Assembly (NCBI GenBank): GCA_005776395.1
Contig: SXPJ01000019.1
Span: 848-64,847, forward strand
Source of the DNA: Bdellovibrionales bacterium
GTDB taxonomy: Bacteria > Bdellovibrionota > FAC87 > UBA2466
Direction: 5' to 3'
DNA length: 64,000 nt
Below are positions 7,241 to 17,155 of this stretch, piece after piece. The position numbers were made by a program, and so were the translations under genes. The notes beneath the pieces are model-generated. The model saw only the letters and a program-made list of their open reading frames with translations, was not told the origin of the DNA and made no database searches. Position 1 is the first letter of the stretch. Every line of letters starts with the position of its first letter.

Positions 7241-7999
7241 TTAACAATTACTAATTACGTGCTTTTTAGTATAGAACTCAACGCCATCAAACTCAAGGTA
7301 AGTAAAATTACTAACCCAATCGCCCGTATTTAAATAGCGACACACTCTCTCTCCCACTTTAGTCACATAATCGTCAGGAATATGGGTGTGCCCCATCACA
7401 ACTATATCGTAGCCATTTTCAAAAAGCTCTCTTGCAGTATTGCGATAGGTCTCCCTAATAATATTGGTCTTTTCGCTAGATGGTTTTTGGTAGCCTCGGC
7501 TAGCCTGGGACGTTTTCTTTCCCAATAAAAATATCCAGCTTTTAGGAATCGGTTTTATTATAAAATGTAACCAATCCGCTCTCAATAAACGCCTTAAAAT
7601 TCTATATCCCTTTTCTTTGGGATTTCCTAAATCTCCGTGGGACATGAATATTTTTTTGTTGTTCCAAACAACTTCTAACGAATCGGTGTGAACCTGAATG
7701 CCCAATTTCTCTTTAAAATATTTACCCAGTCGAAAATCATGATTTCCTTCAATGTAGTGCAACTTACAACCCTGTTGAGTCAAAGACCTAAAAACTTCAG
7801 TCACGGGGCCAAAAGAAGAAGTTAGAAAATCTGTAGTTCCGGGCCAAACATCAAAAAGATCACCCAAAATAAAAACAGTACTAAACTCAGTGGCCTTCTG
7901 ACGAAGAAATTCCATAACAGCCACAGTTTTCACGCTGTGAGCATCTTGCAAGTGAACATCTGAAATAAAAAGGGCCTTCATTGGCTTAATAGTTAGCAT
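7241..7999 (-). CDS. lpxH: UDP-2,3-diacylglucosamine diphosphatase
   Basis: Calcineurin-type metallophosphoesterase motifs are present: FISDVHL, ILGDLFDVW, IEGNHDF, SHGD and GHTH. It is about 250 aa, LpxH-like in size and in the GDLFD.W motif. The start could instead be the ATG at 7981. Confidence 0.7.
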   Translation of the reverse strand: MLTIKPMKALFISDVHLQDAHSVKTVAVMEFLRQKATEFSTVFILGDLFDVWPGTTDFLTSSFGPVTEVFRSLTQQGCKLHYIEGNHDFRLGKYFKEKLGIQVHTDSLEVVWNNKKIFMSHGDLGNPKEKGYRILRRLLRADWLHFIIKPIPKSWIFLLGKKTSQASRGYQKPSSEKTNIIRETYRNTARELFENGYDIVVMGHTHIPDDYVTKVGERVCRYLNTGDWVSNFTYLEFDGVEFYTKKHVISNC

Positions 8000-8040
8000 A
8001 AAATTGAAAATGGGAAAAGGTTCGGCACATCGTAATAATT

Positions 8041-8307
8041 TTATTTAAAAAGTTTTCGTCTAGAGATCATTTGACTAGGAACACGTTTTCTGTCGCTCCG
8101 ACTTTCGCTTATATTTCCAAGCCCTTTCTCAACTTCAAACAGAGAGTTCAGCGCTGGATCTACAGAAGCTTCTATGGTGAGTTGTGGAGCTTTTACGGTT
8201 CGATATGAAACATTAGTATTATGGTCATTATTCATCATGAAATAGGCGGTAACCAATGCCCCCATGAAAACTGAGATACTATAAATATACTGAAGCCTAT
8301 TTCTCAT
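8041..8307 (-). CDS. small membrane-anchored hypothetical protein (88 aa)
   Basis: ORF with one N-terminal hydrophobic helix (YIYSISVFMGALVTAYFMM). There is no other support. Confidence 0.3.
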   Translation of the reverse strand: MRNRLQYIYSISVFMGALVTAYFMMNNDHNTNVSYRTVKAPQLTIEASVDPALNSLFEVEKGLGNISESRSDRKRVPSQMISRRKLFK

Positions 8308-8572
8308 ACACCCCTAACAACTGCTTTTCGCCCAATAACGATGGGCCACCATTCACCAAGTTCAAGAGTCGTGCCTAGGCTGTGGCAGTGTAAATATCTG
8401 TAATAACTTTAGTTTTCATCTTGGTTTTTAGAATAACTGTCTTGCTCTAAGTAACCACTCTCTCAATCTAGTCTCTTGTCGAACTTTAAACTCAGTTAAA
8501 CATTGAAATAATTAGAGGTTTTTGAAGGAAAGTTTTGGATGATTAAATCCTGGGCAACTGTTAAAAAAAGAT

Positions 8573-9460
8573 ATGCGTAAATATCTTCTGTCGCCAGCCA
8601 AGATTAATCTAAGTCTCTCCATTGTAGACAGAAAAGAAAATGGGTTTCATTGCCTGGAGAGTCTCTTCTGGCCTCTCAACTTTGGAGATTCAATTAAGGC
8701 AAAGAAGGGAACGGGAAAGACTTCGCTAAATTGGAATTCTCAGGCCCCCTTTAGTTCATCTCTTTTACCTTCTGAACACGAAAATATTGTTACGAAAGTC
8801 TTACAATCTTTACCCGTTCTTAAAAATCGATGGGATATCGAGATTAGTAAACGAATTCCCATGGGAGGGGGAATGGGGGGGGGATCCTCTAATATTGGAA
8901 CTATTTTAAGAGAACTCACACAAACCAATCAGCTCAATTTCCCAGAATTAGTTTCATGGTCTAGTCAATTTGGAGCTGATATTCCTTTTTTTCTTTCTTC
9001 TCGTCCGGCCTGGGTTACAGGAATTGGTGACAATGTAAGGCCCCTGAATTGCGAATCCCTTGTTATTGATAAACTTCATTTTTTGTTAGTCCTCTTCCCT
9101 TTTGGCTGCGAAACAAAGTTGATTTTTAATGAGTTTAAAAAAAATTCTTCAGAATTATCTGCTACTCAGAACCCTTTTCCAGAGGACAATCTCACTTGGA
9201 GCCTTCTCAGTCATTACCTTAGCAAAGCTAAAAATGATTTAGAACCGGTGGTCTCAAAACTTTATCCTGTTATTAAAAAAGTTTTAGAAAAATTGAGACT
9301 ACAAAATTGTCTCTATGCAGGACTCTCAGGAAGCGGAGCCACATGTTTCGCAATTTTCGACTCTTTTGAAGACAGGGAAAAAACCTCTCAAGTTCTCCAA
9401 TCATTCTTCCGATTAAACAACTGTAAAAGTATTTTTGCTGAGACATTTGCAACTCATTGA
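8573..9460 (+). CDS. ispE: 4-diphosphocytidyl-2-C-methyl-D-erythritol kinase
   Basis: PAKINLSLSIV.RKENGFH.LESLF at the N-terminus and the GHMP kinase motif KRIPMGGGMGGGSSN. Confidence 0.9.
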   Translation: MRKYLLSPAKINLSLSIVDRKENGFHCLESLFWPLNFGDSIKAKKGTGKTSLNWNSQAPFSSSLLPSEHENIVTKVLQSLPVLKNRWDIEISKRIPMGGGMGGGSSNIGTILRELTQTNQLNFPELVSWSSQFGADIPFFLSSRPAWVTGIGDNVRPLNCESLVIDKLHFLLVLFPFGCETKLIFNEFKKNSSELSATQNPFPEDNLTWSLLSHYLSKAKNDLEPVVSKLYPVIKKVLEKLRLQNCLYAGLSGSGATCFAIFDSFEDREKTSQVLQSFFRLNNCKSIFAETFATH

Positions 9461-9506
9461 ATAAAGCAACTGGGGGTTGGTGGTTCAAATCCTCAAGGAG
9501 AGCACC

Positions 9507-9839
9507 GTGGAGATCACAGAGATTAAAATATTTCCAGTTAACGAGGATAAGCTTAAAGCTTATGTCACCATTATTTTTGAAAACTGCTTCGTTGTTCGAG
9601 ACTTAAAAATTATTAATGGGAATACTGGACTTTTTGTTGCTATGCCAAGCAAGAAAAGAAAAGACGGCACATTTCGAGATATTGCTCATCCATTAAACAG
9701 TGAAATGAGAAACGCCCTGGAAAAACTAATATTAAAATCCTATGAAGAGGAATTAAAGAAAATAACTGCTGCAGCTCACAAAAGCATGGAAGTTCTCAGC
9801 AGTCAAAAACGCACCTATGACGATGATGAGAATTCATGA
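9507..9839 (+). CDS. spoVG: SpoVG family protein
   Basis: (M)EITEIKIFPV...KAYVTIIFENCFVVRDLKIINGNTGLFVAMPSKKRKDGTFRDIAHPLNSEMR is near-canonical SpoVG. I chose the GTG at 9507, preceded by AAGGAG with a 6-nt spacer, instead of the TTG at 9477. Confidence 0.85.
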   Translation: MEITEIKIFPVNEDKLKAYVTIIFENCFVVRDLKIINGNTGLFVAMPSKKRKDGTFRDIAHPLNSEMRNALEKLILKSYEEELKKITAAAHKSMEVLSSQKRTYDDDENS

Positions 9840-9846
9840 GAAGCTC

Positions 9847-10548
9847 TTACCCTTCCATTAAGCTTATTTTCCCAAGAATATGTTCTGACATGAACTGCAC
9901 AACCTGATTAATGCTCATTTTGGAGGTATCAACCACAATGGCGTCATCTGCGCACTTAAGAGGTGCGTATTTACGATGAGAATCCTGCTTATCTCTTTCA
10001 ATATTAGATTTCAAAATAGATTGGAGAGACCCGCCCTTGGTTCCCTGCTTTTTCAACTGTTGATATCGTCTCTCGGCTCTGACTTTAGGATCCGCAGTCA
10101 CATAAAATTTATATTCAACATCGGGAAATACCACCGTACCAATATCTCTTCCTTCAACAACCACTGGACTGGTTTTAGCCCACATCTTACCTAAACGTCT
10201 TTGACAGGCTGTTAAAGTTTGCCGGACTCCCTTGAAAACACTTACTTTAGAAGCCAATGCACTCACTTTTTGTGTTCTTAGCCGATGGCCCATCTCCTGG
10301 CCATTGACTAAAATCGATTGGTTATTCGCATCATAATCAAACTTAAGTCGACGAGCTATTTTAGAAAACCCTACAGCAGTTGAAACACTTTCTTTTACCG
10401 CAAAATAGGCAACACTTCGATACATGGCTCCAGTATCCAGTAGTCTTCCATTTAGTTCCAATGCCAACAGCCGACTCACAGTTGACTTACCAGCCCCCGC
10501 AGGGCCATCAATCGCAACAATATAACCAGCTTTAAACTTCTTCACCAT
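9847..10548 (-). CDS. cmk: cytidylate kinase
   Basis: IVAIDGPAGAGKSTVSRLLA....LDTGAMYR is the Cmk signature. Confidence 0.9.
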   Translation of the reverse strand: MVKKFKAGYIVAIDGPAGAGKSTVSRLLALELNGRLLDTGAMYRSVAYFAVKESVSTAVGFSKIARRLKFDYDANNQSILVNGQEMGHRLRTQKVSALASKVSVFKGVRQTLTACQRRLGKMWAKTSPVVVEGRDIGTVVFPDVEYKFYVTADPKVRAERRYQQLKKQGTKGGSLQSILKSNIERDKQDSHRKYAPLKCADDAIVVDTSKMSINQVVQFMSEHILGKISLMEG

Positions 10549-11287
10549 TTTGAGTTAACTCCCACAATTTAGCCCACTTCAAAAACACAGAATAGGCAGC
10601 TGAAACAGAAATAAAAAACCCTCTATAACCATCAAGAAATCCTAATTTGATTAGATAGGTTTCGAAAAATTTTGAGATCGGCTTAAAAATTAGCCGCCAG
10701 ATCGAGAATGTGCAATTAGCCTCCCGCAAGGCCTTTGCTCCAAGTGTGGAATAAAGATCGTTCCTTGCTACCTGATCAGAAATGCTATCAAAAGAATAAT
10801 GAATCAAATCGCTTTTAAATTTTCCCTGTTTACCTTGAGTAGCCCAAAACTCATGAACCGCCCCCCCTCGCCAACTTCCTTGGCTTTTTCGAAATATTCT
10901 TACGAGTCGATTTGGATACCATCCTCCATACCGAATCCACTGACCCGAATGTATTGTACGTCTAGCAATAGAAAAAGCTGTTTCAACTGGCTCGCTATTT
11001 AGCAATTTAAAGATCTCATTCTTCAACTCTCCAGTAACCTCTTCATCGGCATCTAGAGATAAAACCCAATCATGAGAAGCCAAACCAACCGCATAGTTCT
11101 TTTGATCGACATAGCCAGTCCACTCTCGAACCACAACTTTAGAAGTATATTTTTTTGACAGCTCAACTGTCCGGTCTGTACTGTGGGAATCCACCACAAC
11201 AATCTCATCACAAAATGCGAGAGAAGCTAAACAGCGTTCAATATTCTTCTCTTCATTTTTTGCTATTACAACTGCCGACAACTTCAC
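10532..11287 (-). CDS. family 2 glycosyltransferase (LPS core type)
   Basis: SAVVIAKNEEKNIERCL.SL.FCDEIVVVDSHSTDRT...SLDADEE are GT2 DxD-type motifs. The gene sits in the lipid A/LPS operon. Confidence 0.8.
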   Translation of the reverse strand: MKLSAVVIAKNEEKNIERCLASLAFCDEIVVVDSHSTDRTVELSKKYTSKVVVREWTGYVDQKNYAVGLASHDWVLSLDADEEVTGELKNEIFKLLNSEPVETAFSIARRTIHSGQWIRYGGWYPNRLVRIFRKSQGSWRGGAVHEFWATQGKQGKFKSDLIHYSFDSISDQVARNDLYSTLGAKALREANCTFSIWRLIFKPISKFFETYLIKLGFLDGYRGFFISVSAAYSVFLKWAKLWELTQNGEEV

Positions 11288-13221
11288 TAGCGCTCCTTTA
11301 TTGAGGTGAGAATTCCATATAAGGAGCCGATTTTTATTTTCGCATCGAATTTAACAAGATGTTTTTTTGAATCATCACTCAGCCACATATAAACATCACC
11401 CATAGGCTTTAATACATTGTTCAGAGAGACATGCACCAAAATTTTCCAACACTGAAACGCTCCAACTCGACTTGTAACTAACTCATTAGCCACTGGAGTT
11501 AACTCAACCTCCCAGTTTTGTCCGTTTTCATAGACAATAAATCTCTGCTTTTCCTTCAGTTTATAATTAAGATATCGAGCATAGTAAATAGCGCTCCATA
11601 GATCTTTAGCTTTGGGAATCAGGGGATCCACTCGATCTACGTCCATATTTCCCCAGCGCTCAGATATTCGTTTAGCCCAATAATAGGCCTTCCCATTCAC
11701 ATGATCAAAAGCAACTCGAGTTTCTTTGTTTTGTTTGGACTCCACCATGTGAAGCAAAAACTTATAGGGGAGTAAGGCCTCTTTATCTACAAATGACTCA
11801 GCAGTATTGTCGATGTGGTAAAGAGCATCTACTATTTTCGAAGAGAGAACATTACCCCATAATTGAAAAGTGGGCCGACCATTAATAACAGGCCCTTCTT
11901 TAACCTCGAGAATTGCCCTTCCAGCGGGAACTGCAAGCCATCTAAGATCCATCTCAACTCTCTCCCCAATTTCAAAGGGAATCTTATCTGAAGGAATCAC
12001 ATGAAAATAAGGGCTCTCTTCAGTGGTATTTTGGGCTCCCAATCCTTCTTCGACCTTCGAAGACAATTTGGGTTTCCCTGATTCTTTTTGCTTTTTAGTA
12101 ACCCTTGGCTTAGGTGTCTCCTTTTCTTCCTGAATCTTAGAAAAATCCTCTTCCTCTGAAAAAAGTGGGGCTTGAATAACTGGCGCAGATATCTTGGGAT
12201 CGGGCGGTAAATCTATTCCGGTTGGAGTTACAGGCTTGGAACTAGAACAACCATTTACCAACAAAAATAGCCAAACCAGATAACTCATCGCCCTCTTTTT
12301 ATCCCAACGAGACTTTCCCCTAAACTCTTTCCAACGTCGATGTAACCAAAGCCACTGCTCGGGATGCTGTCTAATCATTTGCTCCATCGCATCATTAAAC
12401 TTTTGAGTTCTTTGAAAAATACGCTCTCCCCTATCTTCTGAAAGTTGCCCATATTGAACTTGAGGTTCAATTACGATGCAAATCTTCCCTTTGGAATCTC
12501 TATAATTGTACGCTGGAAAAACTGGGAGATCACGTTTCTCGCAAAAAAGCGCTAAACCGGCAGCAGTTCCAGCCTCTTTACCAAAAAAAGATACCGGAAC
12601 TCCAATGGGAGGCCCCATAAATTGGTCTAAAATAAAAATCGTAAAACGCCCAGAATTAAAAGAGTTAAAAATTTCTTTAACGGTTTTTGTCTCAAAAAAT
12701 ATCCCCACGCCAAAACGTCCTCGATACCAATCCAAAAACTTTTGACCTAAAGCACTTTTAGCTTCTTTAACCACAACATCTACAGGGACCCCATGGACAG
12801 CTACCGTTGAAATGGAAACCTCCCAATTACCTAAATGGGTTCCTAGAAAAACTCCTCCTTTTTTTGCCTTCAAGAGAGAGGCTATATTATCTAGTCCGGT
12901 TATTTTTGTGTTTTCTAAATACTCTTTTTCACCCCAAGTGATAGAGCGAAGAATCTCAAACAGTGTTCTTGCGTAATGCTGATAATTCTGTAGTGCCAAT
13001 CTTTTAATTTCAGTTTCGCTTTTCTCTTTTTCGAAAACCAACTTGAGATTTTGCTCGATAACATCTCGTCTAAATCCAATAATACGGTAGACAAACCAGC
13101 CCATTGAACAGCTTAGAATATTAATAACCCAATCAGGCGTCCAATTGATAAAACTGGAAATTATTTTTAAGCAAATGAACAAAGCTACTATTCCTTTATC
13201 TTTTCCTCTAACCATCTCCAA
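11287..13221 (-). CDS. lipid A biosynthesis (LpxL/HtrB-type) acyltransferase fused in frame to a DUF3108-like module
   Basis: Residues 1-300 carry THLGNWE (the HX4E acyltransferase motif) and the family end HPEQWLWLHRRWK. At residue 312 (ATG 12286-12288) a complete lipoprotein signal begins (MSYLVWLFLLVNGC). A DUF3108-like region follows (FEIGERVEMDLRWLAVPAGRAILEVKEG...). Confidence 0.7.
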   Translation of the reverse strand: MEMVRGKDKGIVALFICLKIISSFINWTPDWVINILSCSMGWFVYRIIGFRRDVIEQNLKLVFEKEKSETEIKRLALQNYQHYARTLFEILRSITWGEKEYLENTKITGLDNIASLLKAKKGGVFLGTHLGNWEVSISTVAVHGVPVDVVVKEAKSALGQKFLDWYRGRFGVGIFFETKTVKEIFNSFNSGRFTIFILDQFMGPPIGVPVSFFGKEAGTAAGLALFCEKRDLPVFPAYNYRDSKGKICIVIEPQVQYGQLSEDRGERIFQRTQKFNDAMEQMIRQHPEQWLWLHRRWKEFRGKSRWDKKRAMSYLVWLFLLVNGCSSSKPVTPTGIDLPPDPKISAPVIQAPLFSEEEDFSKIQEEKETPKPRVTKKQKESGKPKLSSKVEEGLGAQNTTEESPYFHVIPSDKIPFEIGERVEMDLRWLAVPAGRAILEVKEGPVINGRPTFQLWGNVLSSKIVDALYHIDNTAESFVDKEALLPYKFLLHMVESKQNKETRVAFDHVNGKAYYWAKRISERWGNMDVDRVDPLIPKAKDLWSAIYYARYLNYKLKEKQRFIVYENGQNWEVELTPVANELVTSRVGAFQCWKILVHVSLNNVLKPMGDVYMWLSDDSKKHLVKFDAKIKIGSLYGILTSIKER

Positions 13222-14237
13222 AACTCAGGTGATAGCTTATAACTCATTCTGAGACTCAATAATGTTCTATTGGCTCGCTTAAAATAAGGAGCTGCCTTAT
13301 ACCAATCTTTATCCGTCGTGACAAAGGGACTTGTAGATTGAGAATTGACCGAGTTTATAAGTTTCTGAACATCTGCACCACTATAGAAATGATGATCATT
13401 AAATGACTGCAAATGCCTGACAGCAGGATAACTATTTCGAATTGTCGAAACAAACCTCTCAGGAGCTGCAACCCCACAAAAAGAGAATAGTTCTTGAGTT
13501 GAATCTAATAAAATCTTCGTATCTCCATCAAAAAAACCCTCAACATGCCGCTCAGCCAAGAACTGCGGAATTTGAGGAAATTGGGCCTTTAAAAATTGTT
13601 GCCACTGGTTATATCCATTTTCCTGAGAGCCCGGTGTTAGAACAACCCCATGACTAAATGCAATCGCAGTCACGGGCTCTCTTAGCTCTCCTAAGGGTAA
13701 ACAATAGTTGTCCGAAATGCTCTTGTCTGAATTAATACAAAGAATATTTAAATTCCGATCCAGGGCCAAATGCTGAAACCCATCATCAAGAATGACTAAG
13801 CTTGTGGAATCTATCTTTTCAATTTCCTTTATTCCCTGAACTCTTTTCTTTGCGATAAATACTGGAGATTTCAATTGGCGGGCTAACATCCAAGGCTCAT
13901 CGCCATAGAGCACAGAACCATTAGGTTGACTAAGATTAACTTGGGCCCCCTTAGCGGAAAGGGCCCCACGATAACCTCGAGCTAACACGACAGGCTTTTC
14001 ATGTGAAAAATGATCGGCAACAGCTTTTACAAGCGGCGTTTTCCCAGACCCTCCACTATGAATATTACCTACACAAACGATTCTTAATTTAGATCGATAT
14101 CGCCTAGATTTTGGATAAAATTTTCTTCTCAAAGAAGCAAATGCCGCCCAAAGGCAGGCGAGGGGAAACAAAACAACCCAAAGCCATTTAGCCCTTACTG
14201 ACTGCATTGGCTTGTAACTTTCCCATTCGTTTCTCAT
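13188..14237 (-). CDS. lpxK: tetraacyldisaccharide 4'-kinase
   Basis: VCVGNIHSGGSGKTPLV is an LpxK-type P-loop, preceded by an N-terminal membrane helix. The gene lies in the lpx operon. Confidence 0.85.
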   Translation of the reverse strand: MRNEWESYKPMQSVRAKWLWVVLFPLACLWAAFASLRRKFYPKSRRYRSKLRIVCVGNIHSGGSGKTPLVKAVADHFSHEKPVVLARGYRGALSAKGAQVNLSQPNGSVLYGDEPWMLARQLKSPVFIAKKRVQGIKEIEKIDSTSLVILDDGFQHLALDRNLNILCINSDKSISDNYCLPLGELREPVTAIAFSHGVVLTPGSQENGYNQWQQFLKAQFPQIPQFLAERHVEGFFDGDTKILLDSTQELFSFCGVAAPERFVSTIRNSYPAVRHLQSFNDHHFYSGADVQKLINSVNSQSTSPFVTTDKDWYKAAPYFKRANRTLLSLRMSYKLSPEFWRWLEEKIKE

Positions 14238-15357
14238 GACTTACAAAAAATTGGTGAATATTTTCAGCGGCTCTTTGATTCGCCCCCACATCTCCCAATT
14301 TTTTACGGCACTCAATCAACGAGGCTGTTTGAGCATTACGATAAACTTCGTCTTGAATTAATTTGTCGGTTTCTTGAAAAAGGTTCTCAGCCTTAGCCTT
14401 ATCTTGGAAAAACTCTTTTACAATCTCTCTTTTATGAAGAAGATTTGGCATTCCAATAAAATCTCTATAGCTCATTAAATTTCGATAAAACCAGGCACTC
14501 AGTTTAGACACTTTATAGAACAAAGAGAAAGGAGTTCCAATGAGAGCTGTTTCGAGCGTCGCAGTTCCACTAGCCACGACTGCTATATCTGACCAGTTAA
14601 GAATCTCATGAGAGTTGGACTCCTCAAAGGAAACATCCTCCGAATAAAAATGCTCTTGAACAAATTCTTTAGATAAAGTTTGAGCTATTGGAACTTTTAT
14701 CTCAGCCTTTGGGTATTTTTGACGAATCAATTTCACCAGATCGACCAAGATGGGTCCATGAAATCGCACTTCACTTCTTCGACTGCCAGGCAAGAGAGCT
14801 ATTCTTGGCGCTGCGACAACCTCAGTTTGAGTTCGATATTGCGACTTTAATTGAACAGCCTCCAAAAGAGGATGACCCACAAAAACAACTTGGATTCCCT
14901 GTTGGTTATAAAAATCTTTTTCAAAAGGAAATACTACCAACATTAAATCAATATCTCTTTTAATCTGTCGAATACGGTATTTTCTCCAGGCCCAAACTTG
15001 GGGAGAGATATAATAAATAACAGGCACCCCCAAGCTTTTTAACTTTTTAGCCACCCTCAAATTAAAGTCGGGCAGATCTAATAAAACGGCATAATCTGGA
15101 GGGTTCGCCTCTAAGTAACGAATCACCTTTCGATACCCTCCCAACACCTCGCCCAAGCGGTCCCACCAGTCAGAAATTCCCACCACATTTAGTTTTTCAG
15201 AACTCAAGAGAAGATTCATGCCAGCTTGTTGTAATTCCATTCCCCCCACACCCGAGACTTTTAACTCGGGATACTGTTTTCTAAGTGCTTTAAGTAAAGT
15301 TGCCGCATGCATATCTGCAGAAGCTTCCCCTGCGACCATAAAGATGTTTTTAACCAT
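14188..15357 (-). CDS. lpxB: lipid-A-disaccharide synthase
   Basis: IFMVAGEASADMHAA.LLKAL at the N-terminus and ALLPGSRRSEV are typical LpxB motifs. Length is 389 aa. Confidence 0.85.
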   Translation of the reverse strand: MVKNIFMVAGEASADMHAATLLKALRKQYPELKVSGVGGMELQQAGMNLLLSSEKLNVVGISDWWDRLGEVLGGYRKVIRYLEANPPDYAVLLDLPDFNLRVAKKLKSLGVPVIYYISPQVWAWRKYRIRQIKRDIDLMLVVFPFEKDFYNQQGIQVVFVGHPLLEAVQLKSQYRTQTEVVAAPRIALLPGSRRSEVRFHGPILVDLVKLIRQKYPKAEIKVPIAQTLSKEFVQEHFYSEDVSFEESNSHEILNWSDIAVVASGTATLETALIGTPFSLFYKVSKLSAWFYRNLMSYRDFIGMPNLLHKREIVKEFFQDKAKAENLFQETDKLIQDEVYRNAQTASLIECRKKLGDVGANQRAAENIHQFFVSHEKRMGKLQANAVSKG

Positions 15358-15358
15358 T

Positions 15359-16330
15359 TTAATGTTCTCTTACGGCAACAGACGATTCTACCTGTTTTGT
15401 AAACAGTAACGGAGTTTCATAACCTAAAATAATCTGACGAATTTTGCTGATCACTGAAATAACCCGAGCCCCTTCTTTAGCTGTAACTTTAGGACGGGCT
15501 TTCCCTTGAATAGACTCAACAAAATTTCTAGCTTGAACCTCTAAAGCATCAAAACTAATGGGTTGAGTAATGTGTTTATCACCACTTAGTTCCGCTAAAG
15601 AAAATTTGGTGTTAGAAATAAAATCAAACTCACACGAATATCCCTTTGAAACCGCTTGCAGTGTTCTTTCCTGTACAGAAGACACTCTGTTCGCTGTTAG
15701 GTCGGCTATCATTCCATTCGCGAATTCAAGTCGAGCTGTCGCGAAATCCAAGTAATCTGTAACAAATGAGAATCCAGCAGCAGAAATATTAACAGGTTCT
15801 TCTTGGGCAATAGACAAAACAAGATCCACATCATGGATCATCAAATCGCTTACCACATCTACCGACAATTCTCTACCCACCCCCCTAGACAATCGATGAG
15901 ATTGTAATCTTGAACGACTGGGAATTGAATAAGGGCCCATAAGTGCTTCTAATCTGAATCTTTCTAGAAAACCCACCTGACAAACTATTTTTTTTGTTTG
16001 TGCCATTGCCTCAAGCTGAAGGGCCTCTTCAACCGTCTCACAGAAAGGCTTTTCAATTAACACATGACATCCCATCTCCATTGCCGTTTTAGCAATTGGG
16101 AAATGTGTCGGTGTAGGACTAGCGATAACAAGCCCCTCTACATTGAAAATAAGCTCTTCCAAAGATTTAAAGACTTTAATCGAATATTTTTCACTTAACT
16201 CTTTTGCACGTTCCAGATTGGGTTCATAAATACCGACTAAATCCACTTCGGATAGTGATTGAAACTTAGAAAGATGCAGAACCCCCATCCTTCCTGTTCC
16301 AACAATTCCAATTTTAGTGTTAATTGCCAT
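15359..16330 (-). CDS. Gfo/Idh/MocA family NAD-dependent oxidoreductase (GnnA-like position)
   Basis: The Rossmann start KIGIVGTGRMG and the EKP motif (HVLIEKPF). It lies between lpxA and lpxB. Confidence 0.8.
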   Translation of the reverse strand: MAINTKIGIVGTGRMGVLHLSKFQSLSEVDLVGIYEPNLERAKELSEKYSIKVFKSLEELIFNVEGLVIASPTPTHFPIAKTAMEMGCHVLIEKPFCETVEEALQLEAMAQTKKIVCQVGFLERFRLEALMGPYSIPSRSRLQSHRLSRGVGRELSVDVVSDLMIHDVDLVLSIAQEEPVNISAAGFSFVTDYLDFATARLEFANGMIADLTANRVSSVQERTLQAVSKGYSCEFDFISNTKFSLAELSGDKHITQPISFDALEVQARNFVESIQGKARPKVTAKEGARVISVISKIRQIILGYETPLLFTKQVESSVAVREH

Positions 16331-16348
16331 TAATTAAAACTCTCTTTA

Positions 16349-17155
16349 CTATCTATGAATGCCCACTTTAGAAGTTCTAACAAAGGTCAAAAAGGCTTCA
16401 ATATCTTCACCCCCTGGAAGATCCATAGAAATCTTTTCCATCGCCTGAGATACCGTTAGCTTTTGCAAATAAAAAACCTTAAAAATCTGCTTTATGTTTG
16501 CAAGACGCTCACTTGAAATTCCAGAGCGTTCCATGCCAACTTTGTTGATTCCCTGGATCTGAAACTCATTTCCTTTTCCAGTAAGAAAAGGGGGAACATC
16601 TTTTCTGATTGTAGAACCCCCCGCAATGTAACAGTACTTTCCAACTCGACACCACTGAACCACTTCAGACTGGCCACCCAAAGTCACGAAATCCTCTATA
16701 ATAACATGTCCTGCTAATTGCACTGAATTAACAATGATGACCCTATTTCCCACCGTACAATCATGCCCCACATGAGTATAGGCCATAATCAAACAATCAT
16801 TTCCGATCCTAGTAACGCCTCTACCCCCTTCTGTTCCCCGATGAACCGTCACCGATTCACGTAGAACAACACGGTCTCCGATGATTACTTCAGTAGGCTC
16901 ATTCTTATATCCAAGATGCTGGGGCTCCCCACCTATGACAGCAAAGGGAAAAATTCGGCAAGCGTTTCCCATCGTGACACGACCACGAACAACAACATGT
17001 TCTTGAATCTCACAGTTTTCGCCAGTAACGGTGTCTGCGCCAATAATTGAATAGGGGCCTACTCGAGTGCCTCGACCCAGCTTTGCCTGAGAATGCACAA
17101 TGGCTGTCGGGTGGATCAAATCATGAGTTTGCGTTTCCATTAATTTCCTTCTCAA
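16349..17155 (-). CDS. lpxA: acyl-ACP--UDP-N-acetylglucosamine O-acyltransferase
   Basis: IHPTAIV...A.LG.G..VGPYSIIG, hexapeptide repeats and an LpxA-type C-terminal helical domain. About 262-268 aa. Confidence 0.85.
   Translation of the reverse strand: MRRKLMETQTHDLIHPTAIVHSQAKLGRGTRVGPYSIIGADTVTGENCEIQEHVVVRGRVTMGNACRIFPFAVIGGEPQHLGYKNEPTEVIIGDRVVLRESVTVHRGTEGGRGVTRIGNDCLIMAYTHVGHDCTVGNRVIIVNSVQLAGHVIIEDFVTLGGQSEVVQWCRVGKYCYIAGGSTIRKDVPPFLTGKGNEFQIQGINKVGMERSGISSERLANIKQIFKVFYLQKLTVSQAMEKISMDLPGGEDIEAFLTFVRTSKVGIHR

Noticed and set aside
8875-8883. The G9 tract in ispE as a phase-variation switch.
   Set aside because: ispE is essential for isoprenoid synthesis, and the tract encodes the conserved GHMP Gly-rich loop. 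It more probably reflects GGG codon preference. I keep it only as part of the homopolymer census.
9470-9495. GGTTCAAATCC, which resembles a tRNA T-loop.
   Set aside because: The flanks cannot form a T-stem or an acceptor stem. The sequence lies in the ispE/spoVG junction.
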